Source: Prasinococcaceae sp. CCMP 1430 (Eukaryota; Plantae; Prasinodermophyta). Taken from it: DNA of 64,000 nt. The notes beneath the pieces are model-generated. The model saw nothing but the letters and a program-made list of their open reading frames with translations. It made no database searches and had not been told where the DNA came from. The number at the start of each line of letters is the position of its first letter. Position 1 is the stretch's first letter. The position numbers and the translations under genes are program-made. The stretch lies in assembly GCA_013416795.1 (NCBI GenBank), contig RQSC01000029.1:6458-70457 (forward strand), in the 5' to 3' direction. Below, one piece after another: positions 9,733 to 22,014 of the stretch.

Positions 9733-10806
9733 TCATCCTTTGACGATGTCAGTGAAGCTAAGCGCCCGTGACTTGGCTTCGTAGTCTCCTGTGCCGAGAG
9801 CTTGCTTGGTCGCCTGCGTGGCGGCCGCCAGCGTCACCCCAAAGTCCATATATGACGCCTTGGTCTCAAGCCACACAGCATCAAGCGCCTCGAAAGTGAA
9901 GGCATACAGCGAGTCGAAGGCTCGTGCGCCGTGCGCTCCATGGACGGAGAGCTGCTCAGCGAATGCGTGCAGCTCTGGCGATGTCGCGTGGGCCGGGATG
10001 ACGGCGCCGCCGGGCTCTGCTGGCGTCTCTGATGCCCCGACGGCAGCGCCGTTGTCAGTGTTTCCCCCCGCCAGCGCTGCCACCAGCGCCGGGTCGCGCA
10101 GGCCCAGCATCGACATCAGAGCGAAGGTGATGTTGACACCCGCCACCGCAAAAGGGTACTCAATGGACGCGCGTGTACCGCGGCTTTTGTTGAGCAGCGC
10201 AGAGAACGCCTGGGGGAAGTGCTGGTGCAGCCCCAGGAGGTTGTCGAGCCCCATCACGCCGCCCCCGCGGAAGTCCGTCGCAGGGTCCTTCCCCTGCCAG
10301 CCCATGTCTTTCCAGCGCTCGCTCGGCCCGCCATCGCTCGGGAGGTCACGGGGGAATGCTGCGGTCCACAACCGGGCCAGAGCGGCGCGATGCTCCGGGT
10401 TGTCGCCGTCAAACATGACCGCTGATCGCGCCACCAGTCCACGCAGCCTCCCTGCGGCGAGGGCACCGAGCACCAGCGGCTTGCCGCCTCGGCCCTTGTC
10501 CTTGCCGCCGAAGCCGCCCCCCCCTCGCTTGACGACGACGGCGCTCACGTTCGTCACTGCATCCAGGATCTTGCGCCATCCTGCCACGAGCGCTCTCAGA
10601 AGCGCCGCCCACACCTGCTGCTCGCGCTGCGAGCTGTCCGCCTCGCCACCGGCCCGCTCGTCGCCAGCCTGCTCATCTCCCGCGAGCAGCGGCGCGCGCA
10701 GCGCCGCGCCCTCCCCGTTGGCGGCGCCCCTTGGCATCCATCCGTCCTTGTCCCAGTGGCTGCCCCCGCCGCTCCCACGCCTGCGCCTCAGCCCCCCATC
10801 GCCCAT
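9733..10806 (-). CDS. ELMO/CED-12 domain-containing protein (ELMOD-like)
   Basis: WKDMGWQGKDPATDFRGGGVMGL and EYPFAVAGVNIT motifs. ATG at 10806 inferred. Confidence 0.9.
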   Translation of the reverse strand: MGDGGLRRRRGSGGGSHWDKDGWMPRGAANGEGAALRAPLLAGDEQAGDERAGGEADSSQREQQVWAALLRALVAGWRKILDAVTNVSAVVVKRGGGGFGGKDKGRGGKPLVLGALAAGRLRGLVARSAVMFDGDNPEHRAALARLWTAAFPRDLPSDGGPSERWKDMGWQGKDPATDFRGGGVMGLDNLLGLHQHFPQAFSALLNKSRGTRASIEYPFAVAGVNITFALMSMLGLRDPALVAALAGGNTDNGAAVGASETPAEPGGAVIPAHATSPELHAFAEQLSVHGAHGARAFDSLYAFTFEALDAVWLETKASYMDFGVTLAAATQATKQALGTGDYEAKSRALSFTDIVKG

Positions 10807-11131
10807 CGCCGCGCCACGCCACCCACCCCGCCGCGCCGCCTGCGCGCGCGCTCTGGCACCCGACTGGCACCCGCCCCCGGCCCGCCGCACCCCCCCACCG
10901 CTGCGGCGCGCAGCAGCAGCGCCGCGTGCGCGCGCCCATTCGGCGGGAAAGACCGGCCATCCGAAGAGGGTCCACGGATGTTCGAGAAAACCAAGCGTTT
11001 TGACCTTAAGTTAACGCGCGAAGTGGTTTAGGGTTCGGACCCTCTGACTGTACGTACAGTAAGAACTTAATTTACACGAATGGGGCGGCACTGAGGGTGC
11101 GAGGAACGGCTGGCGGTTTGCCCTCAAGCGC

Positions 11132-14100
11132 TCACGAGCCCGAGGCATCCGGCTGCTCTCCTGATTCCGCTTGGCTGCCCTGACGCGACGATTCCGTGAT
11201 GGACGGCATGAGGTCCATCGGGTCAACAGCGCGCAGGTTGAAGTCCGCCGTGTGCTCGGGCGCACTTGCCACGCGCCTGTGTGCCGAGCCACCCAGGCTC
11301 CTGCCTGACCTCGAGGAGGGTCCCCCTCCGGACTCACCGACCATCCCCAGGCGAGATGAATCGAGGCGGTTGAAGTCGACGTTGGCTGTCCTGGTGCGCC
11401 GGTGCTTGCTCCTCTTCTTCTTCTCGGGGCTAAGAAATTGGAAGGCTTTCGCCATCTGCTGCGCCTCGCCCGCGCTGATGGCGCCGCTCTGCCTGCGGAT
11501 GGTGTCGACGACCGTCTCGCGTTGCCACAGAGAACTGAGCGATGCCAGAACGTCTGGATCGGAAGAGCCACGCGACGTCCTGCGGCGGCCAGGTACGGCG
11601 CGCATGTCACGAGCGAATTCGACGTCGCGGAAGTCGCCACTCAGCGAGCCCAGTCGACTGCCGAAGGATGGAACCTTCGGGAGCGATGCGCCCCTCGAGC
11701 GACTCGAGCGACCCGCGCGCACGGGCGATCCAGGCGTCGGTGTCGCCGGAAGCGTTTCCACATTCAGAGGCTTGGTGATGACGCGGCTGTTGAATGACGG
11801 CCACGCCGCACCAGCCGCCACAGCTGAAATCGGTGCCACCGGGGCCACCGGCTCCGAGCTCGCCTCTGCATTGGGCTGTGTGCTACAGTCGTCGACAGCA
11901 GCCTTGACCACAGCCTCGGCACCGTCGCCGCTCTCCTTTGGAGTTTCAGCCCACTTGTTTGCAAGCCAGCCGCTCTCGATTTCCTGCAAGATGCCAACGT
12001 CGCCAGGGACCAGCAAACGCTTGGCGCCTACGAGGAGCATGTCGGGCAGCAGCGAGGTCACCACGGCGAGCGTGTACACCAACAGCCAACCAGGCGCGGT
12101 CTCGAGGTACTTCCACATGCCAGCCATATGGGGAAAACGCTGCTGCCAGCCCCACAAGGAGGAGCACGCGTAGAGGAACGGGAACCACAACGCAATCGAT
12201 ATCACCACGATGGACGCCCACTGAGGCCACGACCACCTGCACACGATCATGCCGATGCGCACATTCACAACGGTGATGCAGATGGTATACGCCACCACGC
12301 CGAGGAGCACCACCCCGCCAGACTGCATGCCGTCGTCAGCGGCGACCATACCGGGGTAGACCAAGAAAGGCACGTAGAAGACCACGAGCGAGTGCCAGAG
12401 CGCCAACACTATCCAGCCCGCAAAGCGCGGGAGGTACACGCTACGCATGGCACTAATAGCGACATGATCGTACACCGAGGGTGACTGCAGCACCGCCTTG
12501 TCGGACAGGTCCTTGTCGAAGATTGCCACTGCGATCGTGGGCAAGCTGGTCCAGAACATGTTGTACGTCGAGATCAGCGCCGCGGGATAAAAGGCCTGCG
12601 CCGAGAAGGCACTGTAACACGCGAAGTAGAAATTGGCCATGACGTACACGATGTTCTTGTAGAACGCGTAGCACACGAGGTCGGCGTTGCGCCGCTGGCT
12701 CTGACGGCCATGCACGAGGACCAGACGTTGCAGGTACGCGAACTGCGCCAGCGCAAAGTCAGACGCCAGCACCGCGCTCATGCCCTCTTTGCCTGAGATA
12801 CCAACGCCTACGTGCGCGTGCTTGATCATCGGCACATCGTTAGCACCGTCGCCGATCGCCAGCGTTGCCAACCCTTGCGGCGATTTCTCCTTCACCAGGG
12901 AGGTGATGGCCGCCTTTTCGAGTGGGCTCACACGGCAGCACACGACACTTTCGCACTGCGTACACAGCTGATGGAAGAGATCGCGGGAGTCGTCCCCTAG
13001 CAGATGGCGCACCGCCGATCCTTCGATGACCAGGCCGCACGGGGCCACGCTCGTGGTGTCCTCAGGCTGGTCAATGCCTGTCGCTGGATCTCGCGTGCCG
13101 TCGCTCGCCTGTGATAGCCTTGACGGCGACCTCGTGGGAAATCCCGACTCGATGCTGCTCTGCAATTTTTGGAGGAGCCCGTGGTCGGCTTCGTCCTCGT
13201 TCATTATGAATGAACCCGTCGAGCTACACCTCTGTAGCCTTGACGGCGACCTCGTGGGAAACCCCGACGCGATGCTGCTCTGCAATTTTTGGAGGAGCCC
13301 GTGGTCGGCTTCGTCCTCGTTCATTATGAATGAACCCGTCGAGCTACACCTCTGCATCTTGGAGCGGAACCCGTGCTCGCTGTCGTCTTCGTTCATGATG
13401 AATGAGCCGGTCGAGGTACGTGCATCCGATGTACGCGGCACGTCGCTCCAGTCATCGCTGTCGCTCCCCGACGCGGTGTACGCGCCGTAGGTGGCCGCGG
13501 GAGGCGTCCCGAGGTGCGTTTCCGACGGCGCCTTCACCATCTTGCCCCTGCCCTCCGGCGTCCCCTGCTCAACGACATCTTTGCCACAAGCCAGTGTTGC
13601 GGCGCGGGAGGTCTCACGCAGCAAGTTCCGCAGCGCGTCTGCCGGATTGTGGACCACGTCCTCCTCCCTGACGATGACTAGCTTCATCCATTCCTTGAGC
13701 AGGCTGCAGGTAAGGGCGATGGAGATGGCAGTCTCGAGCTTGTCGCCCGTGAGCATCCATACCTGGATGCCCGCCTCGCGAAGAGCATCGATAGTCTCGG
13801 GGACGCCCTCTTGCAGTTTGTCTTCCACAGCGGTCGCACCAAGCAGCTCGAGGTTCGTCTCGAGCCGCGCAGCACAAGCGCCCACCTTCTCCGATCGATT
13901 CTCCAGCGACACACTGGCCTCTTTGTACTCCTTAGCCCACTCATTCCATTCTTCCTCGGCGAGCACTCGGCGGCCGACGCAGAGGGTGCGCAAGCCGAGG
14001 CGCGCGTAGGTATACAGGTCCCTTTGTGTGACCTCGAGATGCTCCTGCGCGGGCGCGATGCGTTCGAGGATCACGCTGTCCGCACCCTTGCAGTAGACGA

Positions 14101-16937
14101 TCACCTCCCCTGTCGCTTGGCTGCGGCACACCGTGCTCATGCGCTTGCGATCCGATGAAAACTCGAGCACAGCGAGCACCTCGAAGACCTCGTCGACGCA
14201 CGCATCATCGGGCCCGGCTCCCTCATATCGGATGACCGCCTTGTCCGGTGTACGCGACACAAGCCGACATCCGCATTCCGCCACGCCCGTCACTAGGGCG
14301 TCTTCATCCGGTGAGGTGGCCTGGTACTCGAGTTGACCGTCTGTGCCGACGGCCGGGACCACCGTGTTGCAAAGTGCGAGGCATTCGAGGAAGCGTCTCG
14401 TCGCCTCCTCCTGGATGTCGAGGTGGAGCGTGTTCGACATCCGCCGCTGCCGTTGGTCATGTCCTGTTGAAGCATAGCTGCTTGCATCGCCACTGCCCAC
14501 TTTCAGGTCCACCTCGGACGGCGACCTCGGCTCAGAGTCGCCGGCCTCGTTCGACACCTGCGTGCGTGTGCGGACGAGCTCTGGCAAACACCTTGTCACG
14601 AGCTCCTGCACGGAACCATCGCGCGCCACGGCATGCACAGCGGCACACCCTTCCTTGACCCCCTGTGCCTGCCCCGTTGGAAATTTCCCTGGCGGATCGG
14701 TCCCTTCGCCAAAACGCACCCCGCGGATGCTCGTCGCGACGAATGCCATCCTGTTCTGCGTAAGCGTCCCTGTCTTGTCGCTCAGCACGCACGAGATGCA
14801 GCCCAGCTCCTCGTTGAGGTTTGTGGTCCGACACTGTGCTGGTGTGTCCGTTTCCTCGTGGTACATGGCAGCGTCGCGCATGATGAAGTAACACTGTCCA
14901 ACCTCTGCGCGCGGAGGTTTGGTGCGCGTGCGCGCGCGCCCGCGTGTGCGCGCGCCCGCGTGTGCGAGCGCAGGTAGGAGCAATGGTCAGATACAATGCA
15001 CAACATGGCGAAAGAAATGCTCGCACGGCCGACTGCGAAGGCGCCAACGCGCAGCTGCGATGACGTACTGACACACTCCAGCGAAATGTACAGGCTGATT
15101 GGTATGAGCTGCGCCATGAGGATGACGAAGCGCAGCGTCTGTGTGAGAACGCCAAGGGCACCCGCCCTGTACTCGGGCCACGCATCATCCTGCGATCCCA
15201 GGTAGTAGTGTCCCTTCGATGACGTCGTCCACCAGCCGTGCGAGGCGATCGCACTGATCAGGCATAACACAATCTGGAAGCTGAAGACGATTGGGACCAT
15301 CAGATTCATGTGACGCTCGAGCTGGCTAACTTTTCGTGGGGCGACTTCCTCGTTGCGCATGAGGCGCGTGTCTCGCCCGGTGTAGATCACAACGCCGTAC
15401 ACCGCCTCGACCTTGCGTAGCGTTGCTCCGCGCAGCAGAATGTTGTCCGCGACGATGGGTGCGACGAAGCAATCCTTGTTGCTGCCCCTTCCCGACGTGC
15501 CTCCACTAGCTCCTCTTTCCGCGTTTGCGCCCGCCCAACTCCCCTCGACATCCACAGTCCGTCCCGTTTCGGTGCCCCTGACGTTCTCAGCTTCACCGTC
15601 TTGTGCAGCGGCCATCCCCGTCTCCCGCAGATCGGCCCCGTCGGGGGATTGTTCTTGATCTCCCGGCGCGCCGCCGTTCCCACCACCATCGCCGTCGCCG
15701 TCCCCGCCGCCATTACCGCCGCCGTCGCCGCTGCTCTCGCCGCCGCCGTCGCCGCCACCATCAACGCCACCTTCACTTGTGCCTTCCAGTATCGAGTCGG
15801 ACGATGAGAGCGACGAGAACGACCTCAGGACATCGCCATCGACTCTGTATTCGATACTGCCTTCGAACTCATACAGCCGTGGGTTGGGACCCTCAGCGGT
15901 GATGAGAACGCCCTCAAATGCCTCCGCCACGGAGCGCGCCTCGGCCAGAGCGGCGCTCACCAAATCGATGCGCCTGTCTGTGGTGGGCACTGCACGCCCG
16001 ACCTGCCTCGGTGAGGGCTCGGTCGTCTGCACTCCGAGCATTGAGACAGCCTCGTAGTCCGGCGGCGCTGAGACGGCATTCTTGACCTTGAGGTTGGTCT
16101 CGCCATCCAGATTGGCTGTGTTACGGCCCGCGATGCACGGTGGGATCGGTGCGCGCCGGCGCGCCGCCCAAAAAGTTAGTTCGCGCGCGTTCGACCGCCT
16201 CAACTGGGCCCACGCACGCACGCACGCACGCACACACGAGCTGCTATGAAGCATCGCAGCACACGCGCATCCGATTGCAAACCAGCACACGCGCTGCTGC
16301 GTCGCCCGCCGCTGCTCCTCAATGGGGCCCGGGCCACACACAGAGTCGCGCAGTCGCGCGCGCGCGCACCTGTCTCAACGTATGCCACCCCATTGTCCTC
16401 GCTGCTGGAGACGAGCAAGAGGTCCGCGGGAATTTCCTGGTCCTTGTCGACGCGCAGGAGCATGCCCACCTCGACGTTGCGCCACTCGACCCTTCTCTCG
16501 GCGCCCTCTTTGCCGATGACGGCGACCGAGCGCGCGTTGACCTCCCTGTCGCTGATGTGGCGAAAGTAGTCGTCGTAGATTTCCTTGACGGCGTTGACGG
16601 CCAGCACGAGGCCCAGCGGCATCACCGTGGTGAACCAGTGCGTGGGCGACAGGCCTGGGATGAGCTGCAGCGCGGCGATGATGGCGAAGTACACGTTGGC
16701 GACGCGCGTGAACTGCTCGAACATGTTGATCGGCACGAACGTGAGCACTGTGTATTTGGATGTGGTCACCTCGTTGGTGCCGAAGGCGACCTCCTGCGGC
16801 GCAGCGGGGGAGCTGTCCTCGCCTTCCACGCCCACGCGCACCAAGCGCACGCCGCCATCATCGCGCGGGCGCTCGTCGCCGCGCCCGAGCAGCCGCAGCA
16901 CGTGCTCGCAAGCCCCGCGCACAGCCTCGGCCATCAT
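11132..16937 (-). CDS. ALA: P4-type phospholipid-transporting ATPase (ALA flippase), 3 exons
   Basis: NEVTTSKY, NLDGETNLK, PISLYISLE, phosphorylation site DKTGTLT, SPDE, MLTGDKLET and GDGANDV. Exons 16937-16370, 16115-15069 and 14904-11132 splice in frame (ETANLDGET; LECVKVGQ). Confidence 0.95.
13116..13354. repeat. 120-bp in-frame tandem duplication inside the P4-ATPase, with a third degenerate partial copy to ~13415
   Basis: Near-identical units start at 13116 and 13236, giving the protein repeat QRCSSTGSFIMNEDEADHGLLQKLQSSIxSGFPTRSPSRL. Confidence 0.9.
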
Positions 16938-17636
16938 CCCCCACAACCACCACACCACCAACACACACGCACACACACACACCTCCCTAGCGGCCCGCCC
17001 GCCCGCCCTGCCGCGGCAGCAGGGCCCGGCGCGGGCGGCCGCGCTCGCGCACCCGCGCCCGCGCCCGCGCCCCGTCCCAGCCCGACCTGACCGCCTCACC
17101 GCCTGACTGCGCGCGCGGCGCGCGCTCGGGGAACGGCGGCCCAGCCAGTCGATCAGAATCTGATGCAAGGCGGAATGGGACGCGGCGCCGTCCGGCCGAA
17201 GGCACGGCGCAGATCCCGAATCGCAGATTCGGGATCCGTCGATCGATCGAGGCTCGCCTCCTCCGCCGTCCGTCCCAGATCGACCGACCGACCGACCGAC
17301 CGAACAAAACAATGCACGCCGGGCAACCAACCAACATACAGTAACATCCAACCCCCAACCAACCAAAACCGGGTTGCGGGTCTCAGCCCCGGTTGGGACC
17401 TCCTGGATGTGTTGGGGCTGACTGTATTGTGAACTCGTCACTCGTCTAATATTCCTATTCCTTCCAACCTCACGCCCCGACCGACCGACAGATCTAGAGC
17501 CTGGCTGGCGGGGTTGATTGAGCACCAGCCGTCCAGTTTTGATGGTCGGTCCCGCTGCGCTGCGCAAAACCTCAAATAATGGTCGCTGGGAGCGGGGCGT
17601 TCTGGTTCGAATTGGTACGGGTGCCGTCCAAATGGG

Positions 17637-17644
17637 AAACCCTA
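17637..17644 (+). promoter_or_regulatory. Telo-box (AAACCCTA) upstream of WDR46/UTP7
   Basis: Exact AAACCCTA about 330 bp upstream of a ribosome-biogenesis gene, the gene class where plant telo-boxes are known. Function here is inferred. Confidence 0.45.
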
Positions 17645-17974
17645 CATTCCGGGGGCGCGCGACGGCTGGCCAGCCGCCGCCACACCGGCGCGCGCGCGCG
17701 CGGCGGCCGGCGGGGGGGGCGGGGCAGACGGGAGGGGGGCAGAGAGGAGGGCGCGCTCGCGCGCGCGGGGAAGGGAGGGGGGTTCGCGAGGCGGGAAGGC
17801 GAGAAGGGAGGAGAGGGTGCCAGGCGACGAAGGGGGGAGAGGGGGCGCTTGGGGCGGCGGGGGGCCGGGCAGCGGTCGCTTCACGTCGCTTCCGTTCGCT
17901 TCGCGCCGCGTGGCCTCAGCGGGCAGGCGGAGGCGGAGGCTGCGCACGCAGGCCTGGGCGGCGAGGGCTGCGCG

Positions 17975-19696
17975 ATGGCGGCGGGTGGCACCGACGGCGG
18001 CGCGCAGGGCGCGTCGCCCGAAAGCGAGCGCGCGCCGACGCGCGCCGAGCGGCAGGCAGCGGCGACGGTGTCCGCGAAGAAGCGCAAGGCTTCGCTCGAT
18101 GCGGCGACCAAGGCGACAGCCCGCGAGAAATACGCGCGCGCCCCGGGCGACGCCAAGGGTGTCACGACCGCCAAGATGCGCGACAAGAAGCTCAAGGGCC
18201 AGGTCAAGTCGCAGGAGAAGAAGTTCGCTGCGGCCGCGCGCCAGGCGGCGCTCATTGAGCGCTGGCTGCTGCCGTCCGAGGCGGGCTCGCTTGAGGCCGA
18301 CGGCCCGCTGGAACGCACGTGGCGCTTCAAGCAGGACGACATCCGGGCGGCGGTGGACAGGGCGTCGGCGAGGAAGGCGTTCGAGCTAACGCTGCAGGGC
18401 GGCCCCTACCGAGTCGACCTCACGCGGTCGGGCAGGTACGCGCTGCTCGCGGGGCACAAGGGCCAGCTCGCGGTGATGGACTGGAGCCGCCACCACGCGG
18501 TGACCGAGCTCGACGTGCGCGAGACTGTGCACGACGGCGTCTTCCTGCACAACGAGCGCTTCTTCGCCGCGGCGCAGCGCAAGTACACTTACATTTATGA
18601 CCAGCGCGGCATCGAGATTCACTGCCTCAAGAAGCACGCGGGTGCCACGCGCCTGACGTTCCTGCCGCACCACTACCTACTTGCGAGCGTGGGCTCCAAG
18701 GGCGTGCTCACATACCAGGACACAACGTGCGGCGAGGTGGTGGCGCAGCACAGAACAAAGTCGGGCGCGTGTGGCTGCCTCGCACTCAACCCGTGGAACC
18801 AGGTGAGCGTGCTGGGTCATCAAAACGGCACGGTGTCGCTGTGGACGCCAAACATGCCCGCGGCCGTGGCCAAGGTGCTCACGCACCGCGGCAACGTGCT
18901 TGCGGCTGCGGTGGACCCGCATGGGCGATACCTCGTGACGGCGGGCATCGACAGGCAGGTGGCAGTGTGGGACGTGCGCACCTACGCCAAGCTGCACGCG
19001 TACCAAGTGCCCACGCCTGCGACGGCGCTCGAGGTTTCGCAGCGCGGCGTGCTGGCGCTGGCGTACGGCCCGCACGTGCAGCTGTGGAAGGACGCGCTGG
19101 TGGAGAAGGCGCAGGCACCCTACCTCCGCCACTCGTATCCTGGGCGTGGCGCCATCCACGACGTGGCCTTCGTGCCGTACGAGGACGTGCTGTTTTGCGG
19201 TCACGGCAGCGGCGCGGGCACGGTGCTCGCACCGGGTGTGGGTGAGCCGAACTTCGACTCGTTCGTGGCCAACCCGTACGAGACGAAGAAGCAGCGCCGC
19301 GAGCAGGAGGTCCACCAGCTGCTCGACAAGCTGCCGCCCAAGACGATCCAGCTGGATCCTGACCGCATTGGCACGGTCCAAAAGGAGGCCAAGGAAGAGC
19401 AGATCGAGCGCCAGAGGGCTGCGGCGGAGGCGAATCGCTCGACCAACGTCAAGCGCAAGACGGAGGAGCAGGACACGAAAACCAAGCGCGTCAAGGGGCG
19501 CAACAGGGCGTCCAGGCGATTCAAGCGCAAGCAGCAGAACGTCGTAGACGTGGCGCGTTTCCAGGCGGAGGCGAAGGCAGAGGCGCTGGTGAAGAAGGCG
19601 GAGCGTGAGAAGGAGGCACTCAAGGAGAGGCAGCAGCGCCAGGCCGGAGCGATGGGCGACTCGGCTGCACTCTCCAAGCTCTGGGGCAAGCGCTAA
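17975..19696 (+). CDS. WDR46: WD-repeat SSU processome protein WDR46/UTP7 (BING4)
   Basis: LLPSEAGSLEA, GPYRVDLTRSGRYALLAGHKG, LGHQNGTVSLWTP and the C-terminal PGVGEPNFD...NPYET.KQRREQEV..LLDKL (BING4CT) motif. Confidence 0.93.
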   Translation: MAAGGTDGGAQGASPESERAPTRAERQAAATVSAKKRKASLDAATKATAREKYARAPGDAKGVTTAKMRDKKLKGQVKSQEKKFAAAARQAALIERWLLPSEAGSLEADGPLERTWRFKQDDIRAAVDRASARKAFELTLQGGPYRVDLTRSGRYALLAGHKGQLAVMDWSRHHAVTELDVRETVHDGVFLHNERFFAAAQRKYTYIYDQRGIEIHCLKKHAGATRLTFLPHHYLLASVGSKGVLTYQDTTCGEVVAQHRTKSGACGCLALNPWNQVSVLGHQNGTVSLWTPNMPAAVAKVLTHRGNVLAAAVDPHGRYLVTAGIDRQVAVWDVRTYAKLHAYQVPTPATALEVSQRGVLALAYGPHVQLWKDALVEKAQAPYLRHSYPGRGAIHDVAFVPYEDVLFCGHGSGAGTVLAPGVGEPNFDSFVANPYETKKQRREQEVHQLLDKLPPKTIQLDPDRIGTVQKEAKEEQIERQRAAAEANRSTNVKRKTEEQDTKTKRVKGRNRASRRFKRKQQNVVDVARFQAEAKAEALVKKAEREKEALKERQQRQAGAMGDSAALSKLWGKR

Positions 19697-20298
19697 GCCT
19701 CCATCGCCGCTGCGCGAGTAATAATTTTTGGTCGTTGGCGGCCTTCTTTCAGTACCCTCGCGCCCCTGCGGCGCGTGCTGCCACTGGTGTGATTCGCGCT
19801 CGCCCCTCGGAGTGCAGCCACCCGCTCCTGTCCCTCTGGTAAATTCGTTTACATCGCGCGTGGATACGATCAGTGCGAGCACTATCACGACGGAACTACT
19901 AGCTGCACGAGGACAGCGCCGCCGCCGCTCCTTTCGCTGCCCGTCCCCAGATGGTCGGCTTCGATGGGAATCAGCATGACCGCGATGGCGCCACTGAGCG
20001 TCGATGCCGCGCGCTCGATAAAACCAAATGACACGCGCCCCGCGCCTGCGTGGCCGTCGTCCTCGGCGGCAACCTTGCTTTCAGTCTGGGGAGGTGAATC
20101 CTGAAAGTCTGCCCAACCCTCCTCTGCATCACGAGGCGGCTGCTCTACTGGCGACGATGCCGCACCGGAGAGCGCACGCGCCACGGCGGCATAATAGAGC
20201 CCTGCTCCAACTGCAAATGCCCGCTGCGAGTCGGACTTTGGTGTGTCGGGCACGTCAAATACCGACGTGCGAATGTCAAGGAACGAGATGAGTGCGCG

Positions 20299-20410
20299 TC
20301 AATGCCACACGGGCGCGTCAGCACATGACGGTATGCCGCATCGCAGGCACGGGATCCGGGTGAGCGTGGGAGGTGGGGCTGTTGGGTCGGGAGGTGATCC
20401 CTTGGGGTCA

Positions 20411-20466
<56 letters not shown>

Positions 20467-22014
20467 TTGAAGGAAACGCACCAGCTGGGTGTTCAAGTCG
20501 TCCAGTGCCTGCGATGCCTCCGAGATGCAGTTGGCAGCTGCCTTGCGATAGCTCTGAATTTGTTTATCTCTCGCATCAGCGCGCTGGCATCCGGCCAAAG
20601 ACAGGACGCGCATGATCCCAGCGCGAGCCGCGCCGGCGAGGGCGCTCAACGACCTCAGAGAATCCAGCGAGGCGCTTGTTGCCACCGAAGTGTATTTCTC
20701 AAACGCAGAGCGTACGATGCCCAGCTTCGCGAGTTCATCTTTGCCCCTGGAAACGATCAGCCTCGCCTCCATCATCTTGTGGCACGTTTCTGTCGCTGCA
20801 ACCGCTGTGAGTGCGCTCGCCTCCCATGCCGCTGCTTCCCCACACGCGTCATCCAAAGTCCGCAGTAGAGAGCGAGCCTGAACCATATACTGCTGTAGGA
20901 CCTCGTCTTTTGCAACAGCGAGCTCCTCCCCCGAAGCACCCCTACCCCTTGCGTCCTTGCCTCCCCGTGCGTCGTCACTGGCAGCTGCGGACGATTCTGA
21001 TGTGCCTCGCCGCGATGATGGCATGCCCAGAGACGCCCGGACGGACCGCCCCGCGCTGCGCATGCTGCTGAAAAGCCCCGATGCCACTCTTCCCTTGCCG
21101 CGCTGCGACGTTGTCGGGAGTGCGCCTTCGGAGTCTGCACCGCGCGAGCTGATACTGCTGCTGCCGCTGCCGCTGCGAACGAGCTGACGCCGCTGTCCTC
21201 TCTTGTTGGTCGAAGGTATGGCACATTCCTCGCTGCTGCGTCCGTGAGCGTCCGTGGGGTGGATGTCCGTGTCGCTTTTTTGCCTTGGAACGGCTCCGTG
21301 CTCCTGTCCCTCACTTTGCAAAGACAATGAAGGCGCCGACCTGGTTGTTTGTGCGCGCATATGCCTATTGCTGTGATATTGGTGCCCAGTGTGAGCGAGC
21401 GTCGGCCTTCCGACGCACACCATCGACTGTGCGCTGCCTTGTTGGAGGCCTTCGTGTGGCTCTTCGTCGTCCTCGGACGAGCCTATGTCGTCGTCTGAAG
21501 GCTCATAATAACCTGTGCAGAGGTAGCAGTCGCGCGCGTTGGCGCCGCGGCGCTCCGTCAGCGAGTGACATGCTGACATCTGCACGTGTCTTGCCCTAAA
21601 TTTCGTTCGACGGAGGAAAAACAGCAACAATGACCACGACTTAGCGGGCGGTGCCATTCATGAGTTATCACGCGCATCGCGCCCCCGGCAACCGACAGTC
21701 CGACACGCGTGCGCGCAAAACGCCTGACGCGTACCTGTCTGCAGGCTCTTATCATCTCGTGCGACCCGTCGCTGGGTGAGGCCGCTGGCCTCGGACGCCC
21801 TCCTCCCGACTGCGCCTGCACCACGCACGATCGCCCCGGAGCCCTGCCGCACGAGCGCCGCCGCGCCTAGCACACCCGTTCCGAGCACAGGCACGGCGCG
21901 CAGCGCACTCTCAACCGCGCCATTGCCGCCGGTGCCACCACCAGCGCCGCCACCGCCCTTGCCGGACGCCTGCGGCTGGTACCGCCCGTGAGAAATGCTG
22001 CGAGAGTTGAGCAT
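20299..22014 (-). CDS. Uncharacterised multi-exon protein with low-complexity N-terminus and an alpha-helical region; 3' exons unresolved (may extend to ~19750)
   Basis: Exon 22014-21735 splices in frame to an exon starting at 21512 (TGYYEPSDDD), followed by a long open frame. No family motif recognised. Confidence 0.5.
20411..20462. repeat. 52-nt poly-G homopolymer
   Basis: Directly visible. May be intronic on the minus strand or a sequencing artefact. Confidence 0.8.

Noticed and set aside
10943-10950. E2F-site-like GCGGGAAA (also at 38557 and 59270)
   Set aside because: Too few and too short to separate from chance, and the neighbouring genes are not typical E2F targets.
9791-11014. Long plus-strand ORF, and many similar Arg/Ala/Pro-rich ORFs across the window
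   Set aside because: These are antisense or alternative-frame ORFs expected at very high GC, with no recognisable motifs.
17281-17302. Microsatellites (CCGA)n here, (GAGC)n at ~43356, (GAGT)n at ~32597 and (GCGCT)n at ~52117
   Set aside because: Ordinary short simple repeats in UTR or promoter regions with no evidence of function.
20411-20462. Poly-G as a poly-proline exon or G-quadruplex element
   Set aside because: A pure homopolymer is unlike real poly-Pro codons. A GTGCGT donor just before it and CTGAC just after it on the minus strand suggest an intron, and its length is unreliable.
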